DNA of 64,000 nt from Candidatus Aenigmatarchaeota archaeon. GTDB taxonomy: Archaea; Aenigmatarchaeota; Aenigmatarchaeia; Aenigmatarchaeales; Aenigmatarchaeaceae. The notes under the pieces are model-generated. The model was not told where the DNA came from. It did no database searches and was given only the letters and a program-made list of their open reading frames with translations. The stretch covers positions 1 to 64,000 of the forward strand of contig JBDRJK010000001.1 of NCBI GenBank assembly GCA_043814985.1. The letters run 5' to 3'. Both the position numbers and the translations under genes were made by a program. How positions within the stretch are numbered: position 1 is the stretch's first letter; the number at the start of each line of letters is the position of its first letter. Below, piece by piece: positions 9,097-19,247 of this stretch.

Positions 9097-11760
9097 TTAT
9101 ACAGTGTCGTAAGATGGTGTTGAAACGCTTCCAGTGATTTCTATTGAACTCTCATCTAACTGTGCTGCTGTAGCTCCTGGGAATCCAGTCTGGACTATTC
9201 TTCCTGCTAATGTGGTTTGAGGTCCGTGTGTTCCGGCAATTACCAATGCTGTCTGGCCTGTGCCAAATGCATCAGCGATTACTTCGACTCTTCCGAATGG
9301 TGTGCCTGTTGGCCAGTCCTCACAACTATATGGGAATAAGCCTAGGTCGGCTAATTCTGCCACAAGTTCATTGATACAAGGTCCGCCCATCAAGACAAGA
9401 TCATTGTTTTCCTTCTCGGATTGTGTGATCTCGTTTGCCATTCTAACAACATCAGCTGTTATTGCTAGTACAGTCTCAGTTGTAACAGTTCCAGCGCCAG
9501 TTCCTGATGAAGGAGCTGGTGAAGATCCAACACCAACTGTTGCTAATGCTTGAGTTGATGGTAGAGATGCTGAAAATGTTCCTGGTGCTGTGGAATCGTA
9601 TGAGACATATGTTCCGAATTGGTCCACATATCTGTTTAACGTTGTTCCACTAACTGCCGAAACAGATGTTACAGTTCCTGAAAAGCTGGGAGATCCTGCG
9701 ACCTCGGCTCTGTTGTAACTTGCACCTGAGTCCACTCTAACAGCTACTAAGTTCCTTACTTGGCTTTCATCTAAACCTTCGACAATCAACACACCTGGTG
9801 TTGTCCAGGCTGCTGTAGTACCTGAGTTGTCTGTTGCCCTAACTACCAAGGTAGTACCTGCTGCAGGGACGGTTATCTCATAGATAGCTGTTCCTACAGT
9901 GAAGTTAGCACTAGCTGTGCCTCCGGTACCTGTGGTAATTGCTTGTGTACCTGTTGGCAAGTTTAGAGTGTATGCTGTAGCGTTTGTAAGTCCTGTTATT
10001 GTCACTGGTGATGTTATTGCTACCCAAGCACCTTTGTTTGTCATTAATGCTGGATATACATCAATTGTGGTTGAACCTACATCAATTCCGCCTGTACATG
10101 TTGCACCTGTTCCCCAAACGAAGTAGACAGCAGCTGTTGATGGTACACAAACCTGGTATGCTTGGCCGTCCAAGTACATTGTTGTGTTACCACCTGTTAC
10201 TGTCAAAGTAGCTCCGCTTGCTACATCTTGGAATGAAGATGTAGTTGAAGATGATATCTGCAATGACAATACCCTCAAAATGTGTCCAAATGAGTTCTGT
10301 GCATTACCAGCTAGGCTGTTTCTTCCTAGTGCAACATACTGGTTTAGACCTGCTTGTGCGCCTTCAACTAAGTGAAGTGCATAGCTTCCAGCGTCTGTTA
10401 GTGCTATGTTTCCTGCACCTGCGGCAGTTGACCTAGCAAATGATTGAGACAAGCTCTGTCCATCAGATGTAGTGAATGCTACTGCTGCTGTTGTTCCTGA
10501 TGGTGTTACAGTTACTGTCCCTCTGTTTGCTGTGTCGTCCAAAGCAGGGGTTATTCCTCCAAAGAATATCTTGAATCCCTTGGATGCTGGATCTGTTAAA
10601 CTTGTTCCAACACCTATAAACTGCTCCAATGTGGGTGTCCACATTATCTGGATGTTATCCAAGGTCAACGCGGTTGTGGATGCTGTACCTGTCATGCTGA
10701 CAGTTACATCATTCAATGTTACTCCGTTTACCCTAACACCTAGATAAGCAGTTCCGTCTGTGACGTTTGTGTCCTGAAGTTCAAGCTTATCAGCTCCTAG
10801 GAATACAACTGCACTATCTATTGCGCCAGTCTTTGTTGTCACGAAGATCGATGTTACACCCATAAGTGTTCCATCAGACAAGGTCTTTGTTCCACCAGAC
10901 AAAATTTGTACTGTTTCTGGTGCAGCAAGACCACCGCCTTCGACTGTCAAGGTAGCGGCAGTATTTAAACCTATAGTACCGACAGCTACTAATGAAACTG
11001 TGTATGTAGAACCGTCTACATCATATGTAGATGATTCATCAGTTGTAACGGTCTGGGCGTTCTTACCTGACAACAATGTCAAAGCCAAAGTGTCTGTTCC
11101 AGCTACTGCTGCTGTTATTGTCCATGTCTTTCCGAGTATGTTCAATTGACTGTTTACCATGTTTGCTACAATGCCTCCAGTGAAGGTCTGTGAGATTTGC
11201 TTTGTGAATGAAAGGAGGTATGTATAAACGATGTTATTGCCTGTAATTTTCAATCCTAGCTGTGGTGCGGTTCCACCTGATGGTGTCTCATATACAACTT
11301 GGCCGTTTGCAGCCGCGTTTGTAAATGTCAAATACTGAGAGTATGGAACAGCCACACTAGCTTGATCGATGTAATTACTGGATTCCAATACGTCTGGCAA
11401 ATCAGTTGCTGTTAAGACTTGTTTTGAACTTGCAAGGGTATCCCACGTTGTTAATGGGTTTGTTCCAGTTGCCATTGAGACTCCGCCAGTAATTCCTACT
11501 GAGACGCCTGCTACTGCAACTTGGGATGTTGTCTTTGCATTCGATGCCATGTTAACAGCTACACCTATTCCGCCAGCGATATCTGATGGTAAAGCGTTTG
11601 GACCGACAACGAACAATGGGAAGGCAACAGTATCTGTTACACTTACCATATCAGCGATGTTTCCTAATGCTGTTACTGATGTTGCTAATGCTGGGCCAAC
11701 TAATGACAAACCTGCCATTAAAGCTGAACCAGTTATAGCAGCTAATTTTTTGAATTGCAT
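9097..11760 (-). CDS. S-layer protein
   Basis: start reassigned to ATG 11760 (GGAGGT SD); signal MQFKKLAAITGSALMAG; N-terminal VVGPNALPSDIAG and C-terminal LVLMGGPCINELV...ALVIAG motifs of euryarchaeal-type S-layers; Thr/Gly/Ala/Ser-rich. Confidence 0.88.
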   Translation of the reverse strand: MQFKKLAAITGSALMAGLSLVGPALATSVTALGNIADMVSVTDTVAFPLFVVGPNALPSDIAGGIGVAVNMASNAKTTSQVAVAGVSVGITGGVSMATGTNPLTTWDTLASSKQVLTATDLPDVLESSNYIDQASVAVPYSQYLTFTNAAANGQVVYETPSGGTAPQLGLKITGNNIVYTYLLSFTKQISQTFTGGIVANMVNSQLNILGKTWTITAAVAGTDTLALTLLSGKNAQTVTTDESSTYDVDGSTYTVSLVAVGTIGLNTAATLTVEGGGLAAPETVQILSGGTKTLSDGTLMGVTSIFVTTKTGAIDSAVVFLGADKLELQDTNVTDGTAYLGVRVNGVTLNDVTVSMTGTASTTALTLDNIQIMWTPTLEQFIGVGTSLTDPASKGFKIFFGGITPALDDTANRGTVTVTPSGTTAAVAFTTSDGQSLSQSFARSTAAGAGNIALTDAGSYALHLVEGAQAGLNQYVALGRNSLAGNAQNSFGHILRVLSLQISSSTTSSFQDVASGATLTVTGGNTTMYLDGQAYQVCVPSTAAVYFVWGTGATCTGGIDVGSTTIDVYPALMTNKGAWVAITSPVTITGLTNATAYTLNLPTGTQAITTGTGGTASANFTVGTAIYEITVPAAGTTLVVRATDNSGTTAAWTTPGVLIVEGLDESQVRNLVAVRVDSGASYNRAEVAGSPSFSGTVTSVSAVSGTTLNRYVDQFGTYVSYDSTAPGTFSASLPSTQALATVGVGSSPAPSSGTGAGTVTTETVLAITADVVRMANEITQSEKENNDLVLMGGPCINELVAELADLGLFPYSCEDWPTGTPFGRVEVIADAFGTGQTALVIAGTHGPQTTLAGRIVQTGFPGATAAQLDESSIEITGSVSTPSYDTV

Positions 11761-11932
11761 ATTAAATACCTCCTTTTCTTCTTCAAGTGCTTTCGCACTT
11801 GTCTGCGCGGTGTGCGCGCCTTTTGGCGCCAAATGTGCGCTGAGCGCGCCAAAAAAATCAATTGTCACCTTTGTAATATGTTCTTGGCGCCATTATTTGC
11901 AAACATTATTGCGTAAAATTAGCATATATAAA
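11761..11932 (-). promoter_or_regulatory. S-layer promoter and structured 5' leader
   Basis: TTTATATA box at 11932-11925; GC-rich stems including CAAGTGC-GAAA-GCACTTG; SD GGAGGT. Confidence 0.65.
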
Positions 11933-12032
11933 TTCATAGAAACAGTTTCTGTAGGTGTTCTGCATTGTTTCTGGACATATTTTCAACAAGAAACAATAGT
12001 TTTTATACGATTTAATTGTTTCTAAAGCTGTT

Positions 12033-12926
12033 TTATGCCTTCTTTTCAAAATTCTTCTCTATATGTACCTTGTTTGACCTACCAATCCTTTCAAGTTTGA
12101 TAAGTCCCCTTTCGCTCAAACTTTTCAGTACTTTTGACACTTTTGCCTTGGAATAGCCGCTGTCCCTCACAACAACCTTCTGATTAACGCCACTTCCGTT
12201 TTTCATGATGCTGTTGAAAATAATTTTCTCATCATCCTTCAAGACAGGCAGGATCATTTTGATTCCCTTATTCTTGTAATAGAACTTGTAGAACAAAACA
12301 AACGCGGAAAATGAAATTACAATGACCACAATCAGGTATTCCATGGGAAATTCAGATGGGATTATTGAACCAGTTGCTTCAAATGCAATTGAAATATCAA
12401 ACGTTTCTTCTGCTTTCAAATCATTTCTCAGCCAGTTGAGTATGAGCCTTCTGCCATCACCCCCCTTCAGGGCATCTGAAGGCGTAAAAGAACTTTCTAT
12501 TGGCTCCTTTAGGCCAGTTGCTTCTGGCAGCTTAACCAACACATTCAATATTTTTATATCTTCAGCCAGCTTGAATGAATCTGCAAACAAGAAATAGCTG
12601 TCCCTTTTCTTGACATTCTCATCAGAACTATAAATCACCACGATGTCAGTCCTCTTCGCAGCCTTCATATCGCAAGTAATATGGGTCTCCAACACCTTTT
12701 TCACAATCTTGCAAGCAACAGGGCTGTCTACTTCAATATTCAAGGGGTTTTCTAGTGTGAAGGAAAAGTTCTGGTTTGGATGGTCGACAAATATCAATTC
12801 CAAATCATAGAGAACAGTGTTGTTCTCAAAAATCTCAGCAGTTGAGCTGTATTGGAAAACCTCTGAAAATCCGGGTATTGAGAATAAAATGAACCCTAAC
12901 AATAAAGTAGCTATTACCTTTCTCAT
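12033..12926 (-). CDS. membrane-anchored protein with C-terminal HTH (COG2512-like)
   Basis: signal peptide, ectodomain, TM, then QKVVVRDSGYSKAKVSKVLKSLSERGLIKLERIGRSN winged HTH. Confidence 0.8.
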   Translation of the reverse strand: MRKVIATLLLGFILFSIPGFSEVFQYSSTAEIFENNTVLYDLELIFVDHPNQNFSFTLENPLNIEVDSPVACKIVKKVLETHITCDMKAAKRTDIVVIYSSDENVKKRDSYFLFADSFKLAEDIKILNVLVKLPEATGLKEPIESSFTPSDALKGGDGRRLILNWLRNDLKAEETFDISIAFEATGSIIPSEFPMEYLIVVIVISFSAFVLFYKFYYKNKGIKMILPVLKDDEKIIFNSIMKNGSGVNQKVVVRDSGYSKAKVSKVLKSLSERGLIKLERIGRSNKVHIEKNFEKKA

Positions 12927-12930
12927 AAAA

Positions 12931-13365
12931 TCATTTTCCCTTAATGAAAACTATCCCGCCGGCCCTTGCAGCAGCGAACTGATGCATTATCTGGGAGATC
13001 GAGTTTAGGATTCCCTGAGCCTCGCCAGCATCCAAGCCAATTTTTTTGGGGTCCAAAACCTCTATTGAAGCAGGCCCGTATTGCGTGACAACCTGAACTA
13101 GATTGTCGAACTTTTTCGTGATTAGCTCGACCTCGCATGTCAGTGAATAGCCAACATCAATACCTTTCATTGGCTTATCAACCTTTCTGATTTCTCCAAA
13201 TTCCTTCTTGTACATGCTGACCCTGTTGTCGTCATCCAGCCTTCCCATGAGGCTGTCCAATGACTCCCTGGTTACCTTCTCATTAACAGCCAGAACCTCA
13301 AACATCATCCAGGATCTCAGCCAACCCTCTTTTACTTTCTCGTCTGCAACTTCCTTTGTAATCAT
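12931..13365 (-). CDS. conserved hypothetical protein
   Basis: 144-aa ORF with host-like codon usage. Confidence 0.75.
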   Translation of the reverse strand: MITKEVADEKVKEGWLRSWMMFEVLAVNEKVTRESLDSLMGRLDDDNRVSMYKKEFGEIRKVDKPMKGIDVGYSLTCEVELITKKFDNLVQVVTQYGPASIEVLDPKKIGLDAGEAQGILNSISQIMHQFAAARAGGIVFIKGK

Positions 13366-13401
13366 AAGACTTATTTCATTTTCAAAGGTTTAAATTTATT
13401 C

Positions 13402-14433
13402 CTATGAATGTTTCCGCATCCATTTTTTGCCGAAAACAGGTATTTTCTCACTGCATTTTGGGCATTTGGAATCATCCTTTAAAGCGTATTTCACAACTCC
13501 CATAATGGTCCTCTCTATTAGAAGGTTACCACAGTTAGAGCAGTAGGTGTTCTCGTACTTGTGACCATGGACATTTCCTAGGAAAACATGCTTCAGACCC
13601 TCATCCTTTGCTGTATTGTAGGCCTTTTCCATTGTCTCAACAGGAGTCCTTGGTAGGCCAGACATCTTGAAGGTTGGGAAGAACTGTATCAAGTGGAAGG
13701 GCGTCTCTGGACCCAGATTGTCAACTATCCATTTGCAGAGCTTTCTCAAGTCCTCGATGCTCTCCCCGAAGTTGGGAACTATCATGTTAGTTATCTCTGT
13801 GTAAACCTTGTTTCTCTTATAGGCTAGCAAAGCATCAAATATCGGCTCCACCTTGGGAACAGATGAGAACTTTCTATAGAACTCCGGGTTAGCAGAGCCT
13901 TTGAAATCAACTGTCACAGCATCAAGGTATCCTGATATTTTCCTGATTGCCTCGGGAGAGGTGTAGCCGTTAGTAACGAAGACATTATATAGGCCTTTAA
14001 TTGAGGCCAGCTTGGCTGTGTCATATGCGAACTCGTAAAAAACAGTTGGCTCATTGTATGTATATGAAATGCCTTGGGTTCCTTGCTCTTTGGCTAGCTT
14101 CACCACCTGTTCAGGCGTGTATTCCTCCCCAGCAACAGTGTCCCATTCCTGCGAAATCTGCCAGTTGCAGCAGAAATTGCACTTGAAGTTGCAGCCAACA
14201 GTAGATATTGACAGTGTCTGGGAGCCTGGAGCGAACATGAACAATGGCTTCTTTTCTATGGGATCAACTGCCATTGAAACTAATTTTCCATAGACCAATG
14301 AATACAGCTTTCCTTTGATGTTCTTCCTGACCCTGCAAAAGCCTACTTGCCCTTCGGTTATAACACAGTTTCTCGCGCACAAACCGCATTTCACAGAGTT
14401 TTTAACCTGACCGTAGAACATAGCCTCTTTCAT
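13402..14433 (-). CDS. amrS: AmmeMemoRadiSam-type radical SAM enzyme
   Basis: CGLCARNC, DPIEKKPL, CNFKCNFC (CxxxCxxC), YTYNEPT and C-terminal Zn ribbons. Confidence 0.9.
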   Translation of the reverse strand: MKEAMFYGQVKNSVKCGLCARNCVITEGQVGFCRVRKNIKGKLYSLVYGKLVSMAVDPIEKKPLFMFAPGSQTLSISTVGCNFKCNFCCNWQISQEWDTVAGEEYTPEQVVKLAKEQGTQGISYTYNEPTVFYEFAYDTAKLASIKGLYNVFVTNGYTSPEAIRKISGYLDAVTVDFKGSANPEFYRKFSSVPKVEPIFDALLAYKRNKVYTEITNMIVPNFGESIEDLRKLCKWIVDNLGPETPFHLIQFFPTFKMSGLPRTPVETMEKAYNTAKDEGLKHVFLGNVHGHKYENTYCSNCGNLLIERTIMGVVKYALKDDSKCPKCSEKIPVFGKKWMRKHS

Positions 14434-14472
14434 GATACTTATATAATTTTCAAAAGATTTTATACTTATTAT

Positions 14473-14545
14473 GCCTCAGTAGCTCAGCTGGTAGAGCGTC
14501 TGTTTCGTAAACAGAAGGTCGTCGGTTCGAATCCGGCCTGAGGCT
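14473..14545 (+). tRNA. tRNA-Thr(CGT)
   Basis: cloverleaf; TCTGT-TT-CGT-AA-ACAGA anticodon arm. Confidence 0.95.
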
Positions 14546-14589
14546 CAAAAATAATAAATTTATTAATGTATGGACATAATAGTGATAAC

Positions 14590-14889
14590 ATGGAATGGAT
14601 AGCATTTGTCAAAAAAGAAAATGTCTCAAAAGCAGAGAATGCTGTAAAGGGCGACCTTAGCACAGCATCCAGGCAGAGCATAACTGTAAAGGATGCCAAA
14701 GGTTTGGGCATAGAAAAGGAAGGGAGCTTCTTTTTGATAAGCGGTTCTGATGAGGGTGTCGAAGAGGTCAAGGGACTTATGAAAGAATATGTCGAAGACG
14801 CCAAGGAAGACGAGCTGAACAAGGCAAAGGAAAAGATCAAGGAAGAGGAAGACAAGGCTGCAACTGGCTTTGGAGGCATATTTGGATGA
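14590..14889 (+). CDS. hypothetical protein
   Basis: acidic ORF ending AATGFGGIFG; start at the second ATG after GTGA. Confidence 0.75.
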   Translation: MEWIAFVKKENVSKAENAVKGDLSTASRQSITVKDAKGLGIEKEGSFFLISGSDEGVEEVKGLMKEYVEDAKEDELNKAKEKIKEEEDKAATGFGGIFG

Positions 14890-15146
14890 TGGCAATATTC
14901 ACTTTAGGTGCTGAGGAGATGAGGATAAGGCAGATGCAGGAAATAGCAGCAGCATGGGGCATGGTCGGCAAATACACTGATTCTAAGAGGCTTTTGGAAG
15001 ATGTCAAGAAAAAGAAGATCGCCTATGTGCTTGTCGTTGACCCTGAGGCAATAGAGGACGAAATAAAGGTTGAGCTGGAAAAGTTGAATGTCAAGATAAT
15101 CAACTTCAACGACAAGAAAAAGCTTGAAGGCCTTATAAGAATCTGA
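14886..15146 (+). CDS. hypothetical protein
   Basis: ATGA overlap with upstream gene, 86 aa. Confidence 0.7.
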   Translation: MMAIFTLGAEEMRIRQMQEIAAAWGMVGKYTDSKRLLEDVKKKKIAYVLVVDPEAIEDEIKVELEKLNVKIINFNDKKKLEGLIRI

Positions 15147-15163
15147 TTCTAAATTATTTTTAG

Positions 15164-15249
15164 GCGGCTGTAGTCTATTGGTAGGACACAAAACCTAAGT
15201 GTGTAAGCTTCCCAAGCTTGAAAGGCGGGTTCGATTCCCGCCAGCCGCA
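15164..15249 (+). tRNA. tRNA-Gly(CCC) with 15-nt intron at position 29/30
   Basis: removing 15192-15206 restores CAAGC-TT-CCC-AA-GCTTG; bulge-helix-bulge present at the junctions. Confidence 0.92.
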
Positions 15250-15478
15250 CTCATTAACTGTCGTTAGACATCTCCCTTAAAATTCTTAAGATGTATTCTG
15301 TTGTTTGCTCTGTTTTACTTTGCGATTCTCTCATGGTATTTTTTAAAGTTTCTTCATGAGTCCTCCAATAGTATATTTCCAAAAGGCTTCATAAAAACTT
15401 AATTAAAGAATAAAGATTTATTCTTATTCCTATAGATTTTTTCTAATTTTTATATAAAACAAAATCAAAATTCTGTAA

Positions 15479-16417
15479 ATGGTAGTGGCTTTTGTTGCAA
15501 TTGTGAGTTTCATAATAGGCTTAGTTATTCTGATATATTCCAGCAACAAGGCAGTTGAGCACTCCTTGAACATTGCAACAACCATGAGAATAGCCCCTTT
15601 CATTGTTGGATTGATATTCGTATCATTGGGAACAGACCTTCCTGAAATAGCCAATTCACTAATAGCCAATTCCCAGGGTTTTGGTGATATAAATGTAGGC
15701 GCTTCATTAGGCTCTGTCGTGGCACAGATAACCCTCATAATGGGACTCGTTGCAATCCTGAGCAACGGCTTCAGGATAAAAAGAAAGGAAGTGATAATAT
15801 CAGGATTCTTCTTGGTCCTGTCTTTAGTCTTATCGCTTATTGCAATCCAGACGGGTTTTATTCCAAGATCAGTCGGCTTCCTTCTTGTGGTAAGCTGGCT
15901 CTTCTTCAGCTTCCTGATCAAGAAAATAACTGAAAAGGACGTCAAGAAGAACTTTGTCTACAAGTACAACCCTGACTTGGATAAGGACATCGCAATATCA
16001 ATATTGGGTTTTATAGGAGTTGCAATCGGAGCCTATATTCTGGTCGAATCCATCATTGAGCTTTCATCGTTATTCAGCGTTTCTGACTTTATCATCAGCT
16101 TCTTCCTTGTTTCCGTGGGAACATCCATTCCAGAGCTTGTTGTCAACTTAAGCTCAATCAAAAAAAGAGAATTTGAGATGGCAATAGGGAACACCATAGG
16201 CAGCTGCATCATTGACGCTACTGTCCCAATAGGCCTAGGCAGTCTGTTCTTCCCAACTACCATATCAGTAGATGCAGCAACATTAACCGGACTATACGCT
16301 ATTTTTGCCACAATAGTCGTGATAGCAACAATGGCTGTTAGAAAGAAGCTTGACAGGAACATAGGCATATTCTTTTTAATCATCTATCTGTTCTCTTTTT
16401 TCCTCTTATCAGTATAA
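15479..16417 (+). CDS. Ca2+/Na+ antiporter (CaCA, YrbG-like)
   Basis: duplicated GTDLPE / GTSIPE alpha-repeat motifs. Confidence 0.9.
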   Translation: MVVAFVAIVSFIIGLVILIYSSNKAVEHSLNIATTMRIAPFIVGLIFVSLGTDLPEIANSLIANSQGFGDINVGASLGSVVAQITLIMGLVAILSNGFRIKRKEVIISGFFLVLSLVLSLIAIQTGFIPRSVGFLLVVSWLFFSFLIKKITEKDVKKNFVYKYNPDLDKDIAISILGFIGVAIGAYILVESIIELSSLFSVSDFIISFFLVSVGTSIPELVVNLSSIKKREFEMAIGNTIGSCIIDATVPIGLGSLFFPTTISVDAATLTGLYAIFATIVVIATMAVRKKLDRNIGIFFLIIYLFSFFLLSV

Positions 16418-16459
16418 GCTGATAAGATATTTAAAAACATAAAATCTATACATAACCAA

Positions 16460-16532
16460 GGGCCCATGGTCTAGTGGCTATGACGCTACCTTGACAGGGT
16501 AGAGGCCGGGAGTTCGAATCTCCCTGGGCCCA
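16460..16532 (+). tRNA. tRNA-Val(GAC)
   Basis: cloverleaf; CTACC-TT-GAC-AG-GGTAG anticodon arm. Confidence 0.95.
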
Positions 16533-16541
16533 CTCCGTGAT

Positions 16542-16979
16542 ATGATGAACTGGAAAAGAATCATAATAGCAGCAATTGTTTTTGCAATAATAGCTCAAGT
16601 TATTCATACAGTAGAATCAATGCTGACAATGGACTTCTACATGGACGAAGCATACTTGGGGGTGTGGAGCAAATTGATGATGCCAGTAGCAGGACCGCCT
16701 CCAGCAGAGTTCTTCTACGTGTCAATAGTTTCTGGTGTGATAATAGCATTGATATACGCAGCTGTCTATGATCTAGTCAACAATAGCTTGTCTGGAAAAA
16801 CAACAATAAAGAAAGGCTTGCAATATGGTATCATACTGTTCTTGATGGTGCAGATACCAGGGCTTTTGGCAATGTACCTGTTGGTCAACTTGCCAGCAAT
16901 GCTGTTGGTTTACTGGGGAATTTCAAGCCTTGTGATATCGCTGATTGGCGGGATTGTTATTGCAAAAATAGTCAAGTAG
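16542..16979 (+). CDS. four-TM hypothetical membrane protein
   Basis: 145 aa, hydrophobic. Confidence 0.75.
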   Translation: MMNWKRIIIAAIVFAIIAQVIHTVESMLTMDFYMDEAYLGVWSKLMMPVAGPPPAEFFYVSIVSGVIIALIYAAVYDLVNNSLSGKTTIKKGLQYGIILFLMVQIPGLLAMYLLVNLPAMLLVYWGISSLVISLIGGIVIAKIVK

Positions 16980-16986
16980 TGTTTTA

Positions 16987-18234
16987 ATGAAAATCTTTGC
17001 AGACTTGCATATTCATAGCCATTATAGTAGAGCTACTTCTAACAGGATGAACATTGAGAACTTGGAGAAGTATGGAAAAGTGAAGGGGGTAAACCTGATA
17101 GGAACAGGTGACTTCACACATCCCATATGGCTCAAGGAACTGAAGGGAAATCTTAGAGAGGATAATGGTCTCTTCAAATACAAGGACATGCATTTCATCC
17201 TGCAGGCAGAGGTTTCACTGATTTACAACGATGGGAAGACTAGGAAGATTCACAATGTCATACTTGCTCCGAGCTTTGACATAGTTGACCAGATTAATGA
17301 TTTTCTGAAGGATTATGGCAAATTGGCCTCTGATGGAAGGCCCATTCTTACAAAGATTGACTGTGCTGAACTAACAGAAAGCCTGATGAAAATATCCAAG
17401 GATATTGTAATAATTCCAGCTCATATATGGACTCCATGGTTCTCCCTGTTCGGAAGCAAGTCTGGCTTTGACAATATAGAGGAATGCTTCAAGGACCAGA
17501 CAAAGCACATCTTTGCTCTTGAAACAGGCTTATCGAGCGACCCTGAAATGAACTGGCGTCTGTCTCAATTAGACAGGTTCTCTCTTGTGAGCAACAGCGA
17601 CTGCCACAGCCCCTGGCCTACCAGACTGGGAAGGGAACTGAATGTTCTTGAAACCAAAATGAGCTACAAGGACGTAATTAATACTATCAAGGAAAAGAAC
17701 CCTGAAAAGTTTCTTTACACAATAGAAGTTGACCCATCCTATGGCAAGTATCATTGGGACGGCCATAGGGCATGCGATGTCTGCTTTGAGCCAAAAGAAT
17801 CAATAAAACACAAGAACCAGTGCCCTGTCTGCAAAAAAGAGCTGACAATAGGCGTTCTCCATAGAGTTGAAGAGCTGGCTGACAGGGAAGAAGGCTTCAA
17901 ACCCAAGAACGCCATACCCTTCAAAAGAATGTTACCCCTTTCCGAACTATTGGCTTCTGTCTTTAGTGTCCAGCCATTCTCGAAAAAGGTCTGGAACGAG
18001 GCAATAAAAATAACAAACGAGTTCGGGTCTGAGTTGAACGCCCTCTTGGAAGTTCCGGAGGAAAAGCTAAAACTAGTAACGCATGAGAAAATTGTAAAAA
18101 TGATAATAAAAAACAGAAATGGAAAGCTAAAAATACAACCTGGCTATGATGGTATTTACGGAAAGCCTGTTCTTGACAACCCCAGTTACATCAAGCAGCC
18201 CCAAAAGAGGCTTGATAGTTTTCTAAATAAGTAA
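16987..18234 (+). CDS. endonuclease Q family PHP/Zn-finger nuclease
   Basis: DLHIHSHYSRATS, GTGDFTHP, PAHIWTPW, SNSDCHS, GKYHWDGHRAC and PGYDGIYG motifs. Confidence 0.88.
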   Translation: MKIFADLHIHSHYSRATSNRMNIENLEKYGKVKGVNLIGTGDFTHPIWLKELKGNLREDNGLFKYKDMHFILQAEVSLIYNDGKTRKIHNVILAPSFDIVDQINDFLKDYGKLASDGRPILTKIDCAELTESLMKISKDIVIIPAHIWTPWFSLFGSKSGFDNIEECFKDQTKHIFALETGLSSDPEMNWRLSQLDRFSLVSNSDCHSPWPTRLGRELNVLETKMSYKDVINTIKEKNPEKFLYTIEVDPSYGKYHWDGHRACDVCFEPKESIKHKNQCPVCKKELTIGVLHRVEELADREEGFKPKNAIPFKRMLPLSELLASVFSVQPFSKKVWNEAIKITNEFGSELNALLEVPEEKLKLVTHEKIVKMIIKNRNGKLKIQPGYDGIYGKPVLDNPSYIKQPQKRLDSFLNK

Positions 18235-18267
18235 CAGAGAGACCTCTTTCGAGGTTCCCTAAAAAAA
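18235..18267 (-). terminator. T-tract plus GAAA-loop hairpin between convergent genes
   Basis: minus strand TAG-TTTTTTT-AGGGAACCTC-GAAA-GAGGTCTCT. Confidence 0.5.
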
Positions 18268-19227
18268 CTATCTTCCTGAAACAGTAACTTCAGCTGTTCT
18301 TTCTGTCCTGTATCCGTAAGTCGCGACCACCTTTATCTGGTATGACTGCATTGTTGTTGGTGGGCTTGTGACACTTACATCGCATGAAAGTGTTATGTCT
18401 CTTCCCACAGTCATTTCCTGCTCACCCTCGCATTCATCAAAGCCTGTCAAACCTGAGCCTTCAACATCAATGTCCAGTATGTGTAATTGCGTTTCCGTGT
18501 CCATGCTCAAGTCAGGATTGCTGTAGTCAATTGACTCAGCTTTGTAGAGCGTTCCTCCACCCACATTGCTTATCTTTATTTGCAGAGTGAAGGTGTCGTC
18601 TCCTGGAGCAAGAACCACTGGATCAGGTCGTGCTGTAACGTACAAGGCTATGGGACCTGCTGTTGATGAAAGGGTTGCCTTATTCAATGGTTTGTCGGTT
18701 GCCCTTGCAGCATCAGATTCGGCCTCAGAGTAAACCCAAATGTTTCCCATAACAGTTGTCGAGTAGTCATAATACAGCCTGCCAATGAATATGTCTTCCC
18801 TTGTTGAACCCTTTGCGATTCCTGAAGGCGAGGTCAAACTATATGTGATCATCTGCTCGCCTGCTGGAACGTCTGCAACAGGATTCTCTGGATCAAGCTT
18901 CTTTGTTATCTGCTCGAAAACGCTTGTGGTAGAACCCCTACCGCTCCAGTACAGGTCATTCTGCAAGTCGTCCTTGATGCCTGAACCTGTCAAGTAGAAA
19001 ACTGCATCGCCTGCATCAACAATTGCTCCTCCCCTGTTGCTGATTGTCACCATGATCCTTCCGGATGCATCGGTGTATATCTCAGCCGGGTCTGCGGTAA
19101 ACTCTGTGATAACAAGTCCAGCGCCACTCACTACTGTTGTTGTCGTTGAAATGAATGGAAATTGTCCCTGTACACAGCCAGCCACTAAAACTACGGATAG
19201 AATTGCTAATAAAACTCCTTTTTTCAT
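18268..19227 (-). CDS. putative lipoprotein, paralog 1 of surface cluster
   Basis: LVAGC lipobox; beta-rich; clearly similar to 19324-20280. Confidence 0.8.
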   Translation of the reverse strand: MKKGVLLAILSVVLVAGCVQGQFPFISTTTTVVSGAGLVITEFTADPAEIYTDASGRIMVTISNRGGAIVDAGDAVFYLTGSGIKDDLQNDLYWSGRGSTTSVFEQITKKLDPENPVADVPAGEQMITYSLTSPSGIAKGSTREDIFIGRLYYDYSTTVMGNIWVYSEAESDAARATDKPLNKATLSSTAGPIALYVTARPDPVVLAPGDDTFTLQIKISNVGGGTLYKAESIDYSNPDLSMDTETQLHILDIDVEGSGLTGFDECEGEQEMTVGRDITLSCDVSVTSPPTTMQSYQIKVVATYGYRTERTAEVTVSGR

Positions 19228-19247
19228 TTATTCACCTTTACTATGAG

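Noticed and set aside
11761..11868. 36-aa N-terminal extension of the S-layer ORF in the ORF track
   Set aside because: The signal peptide and GGAGGT SD point to ATG 11760; the extension coincides with the structured leader
15254..15392. Short minus-strand ORFs downstream of tRNA-Gly
   Set aside because: No convincing start or motif; cannot be supported
18238..18260. GAA-containing hairpin resembling an archaeal SECIS element
   Set aside because: Lacks the opposing bulged A, and no in-frame TGA was seen in adjacent genes; better explained as a terminator-associated hairpin
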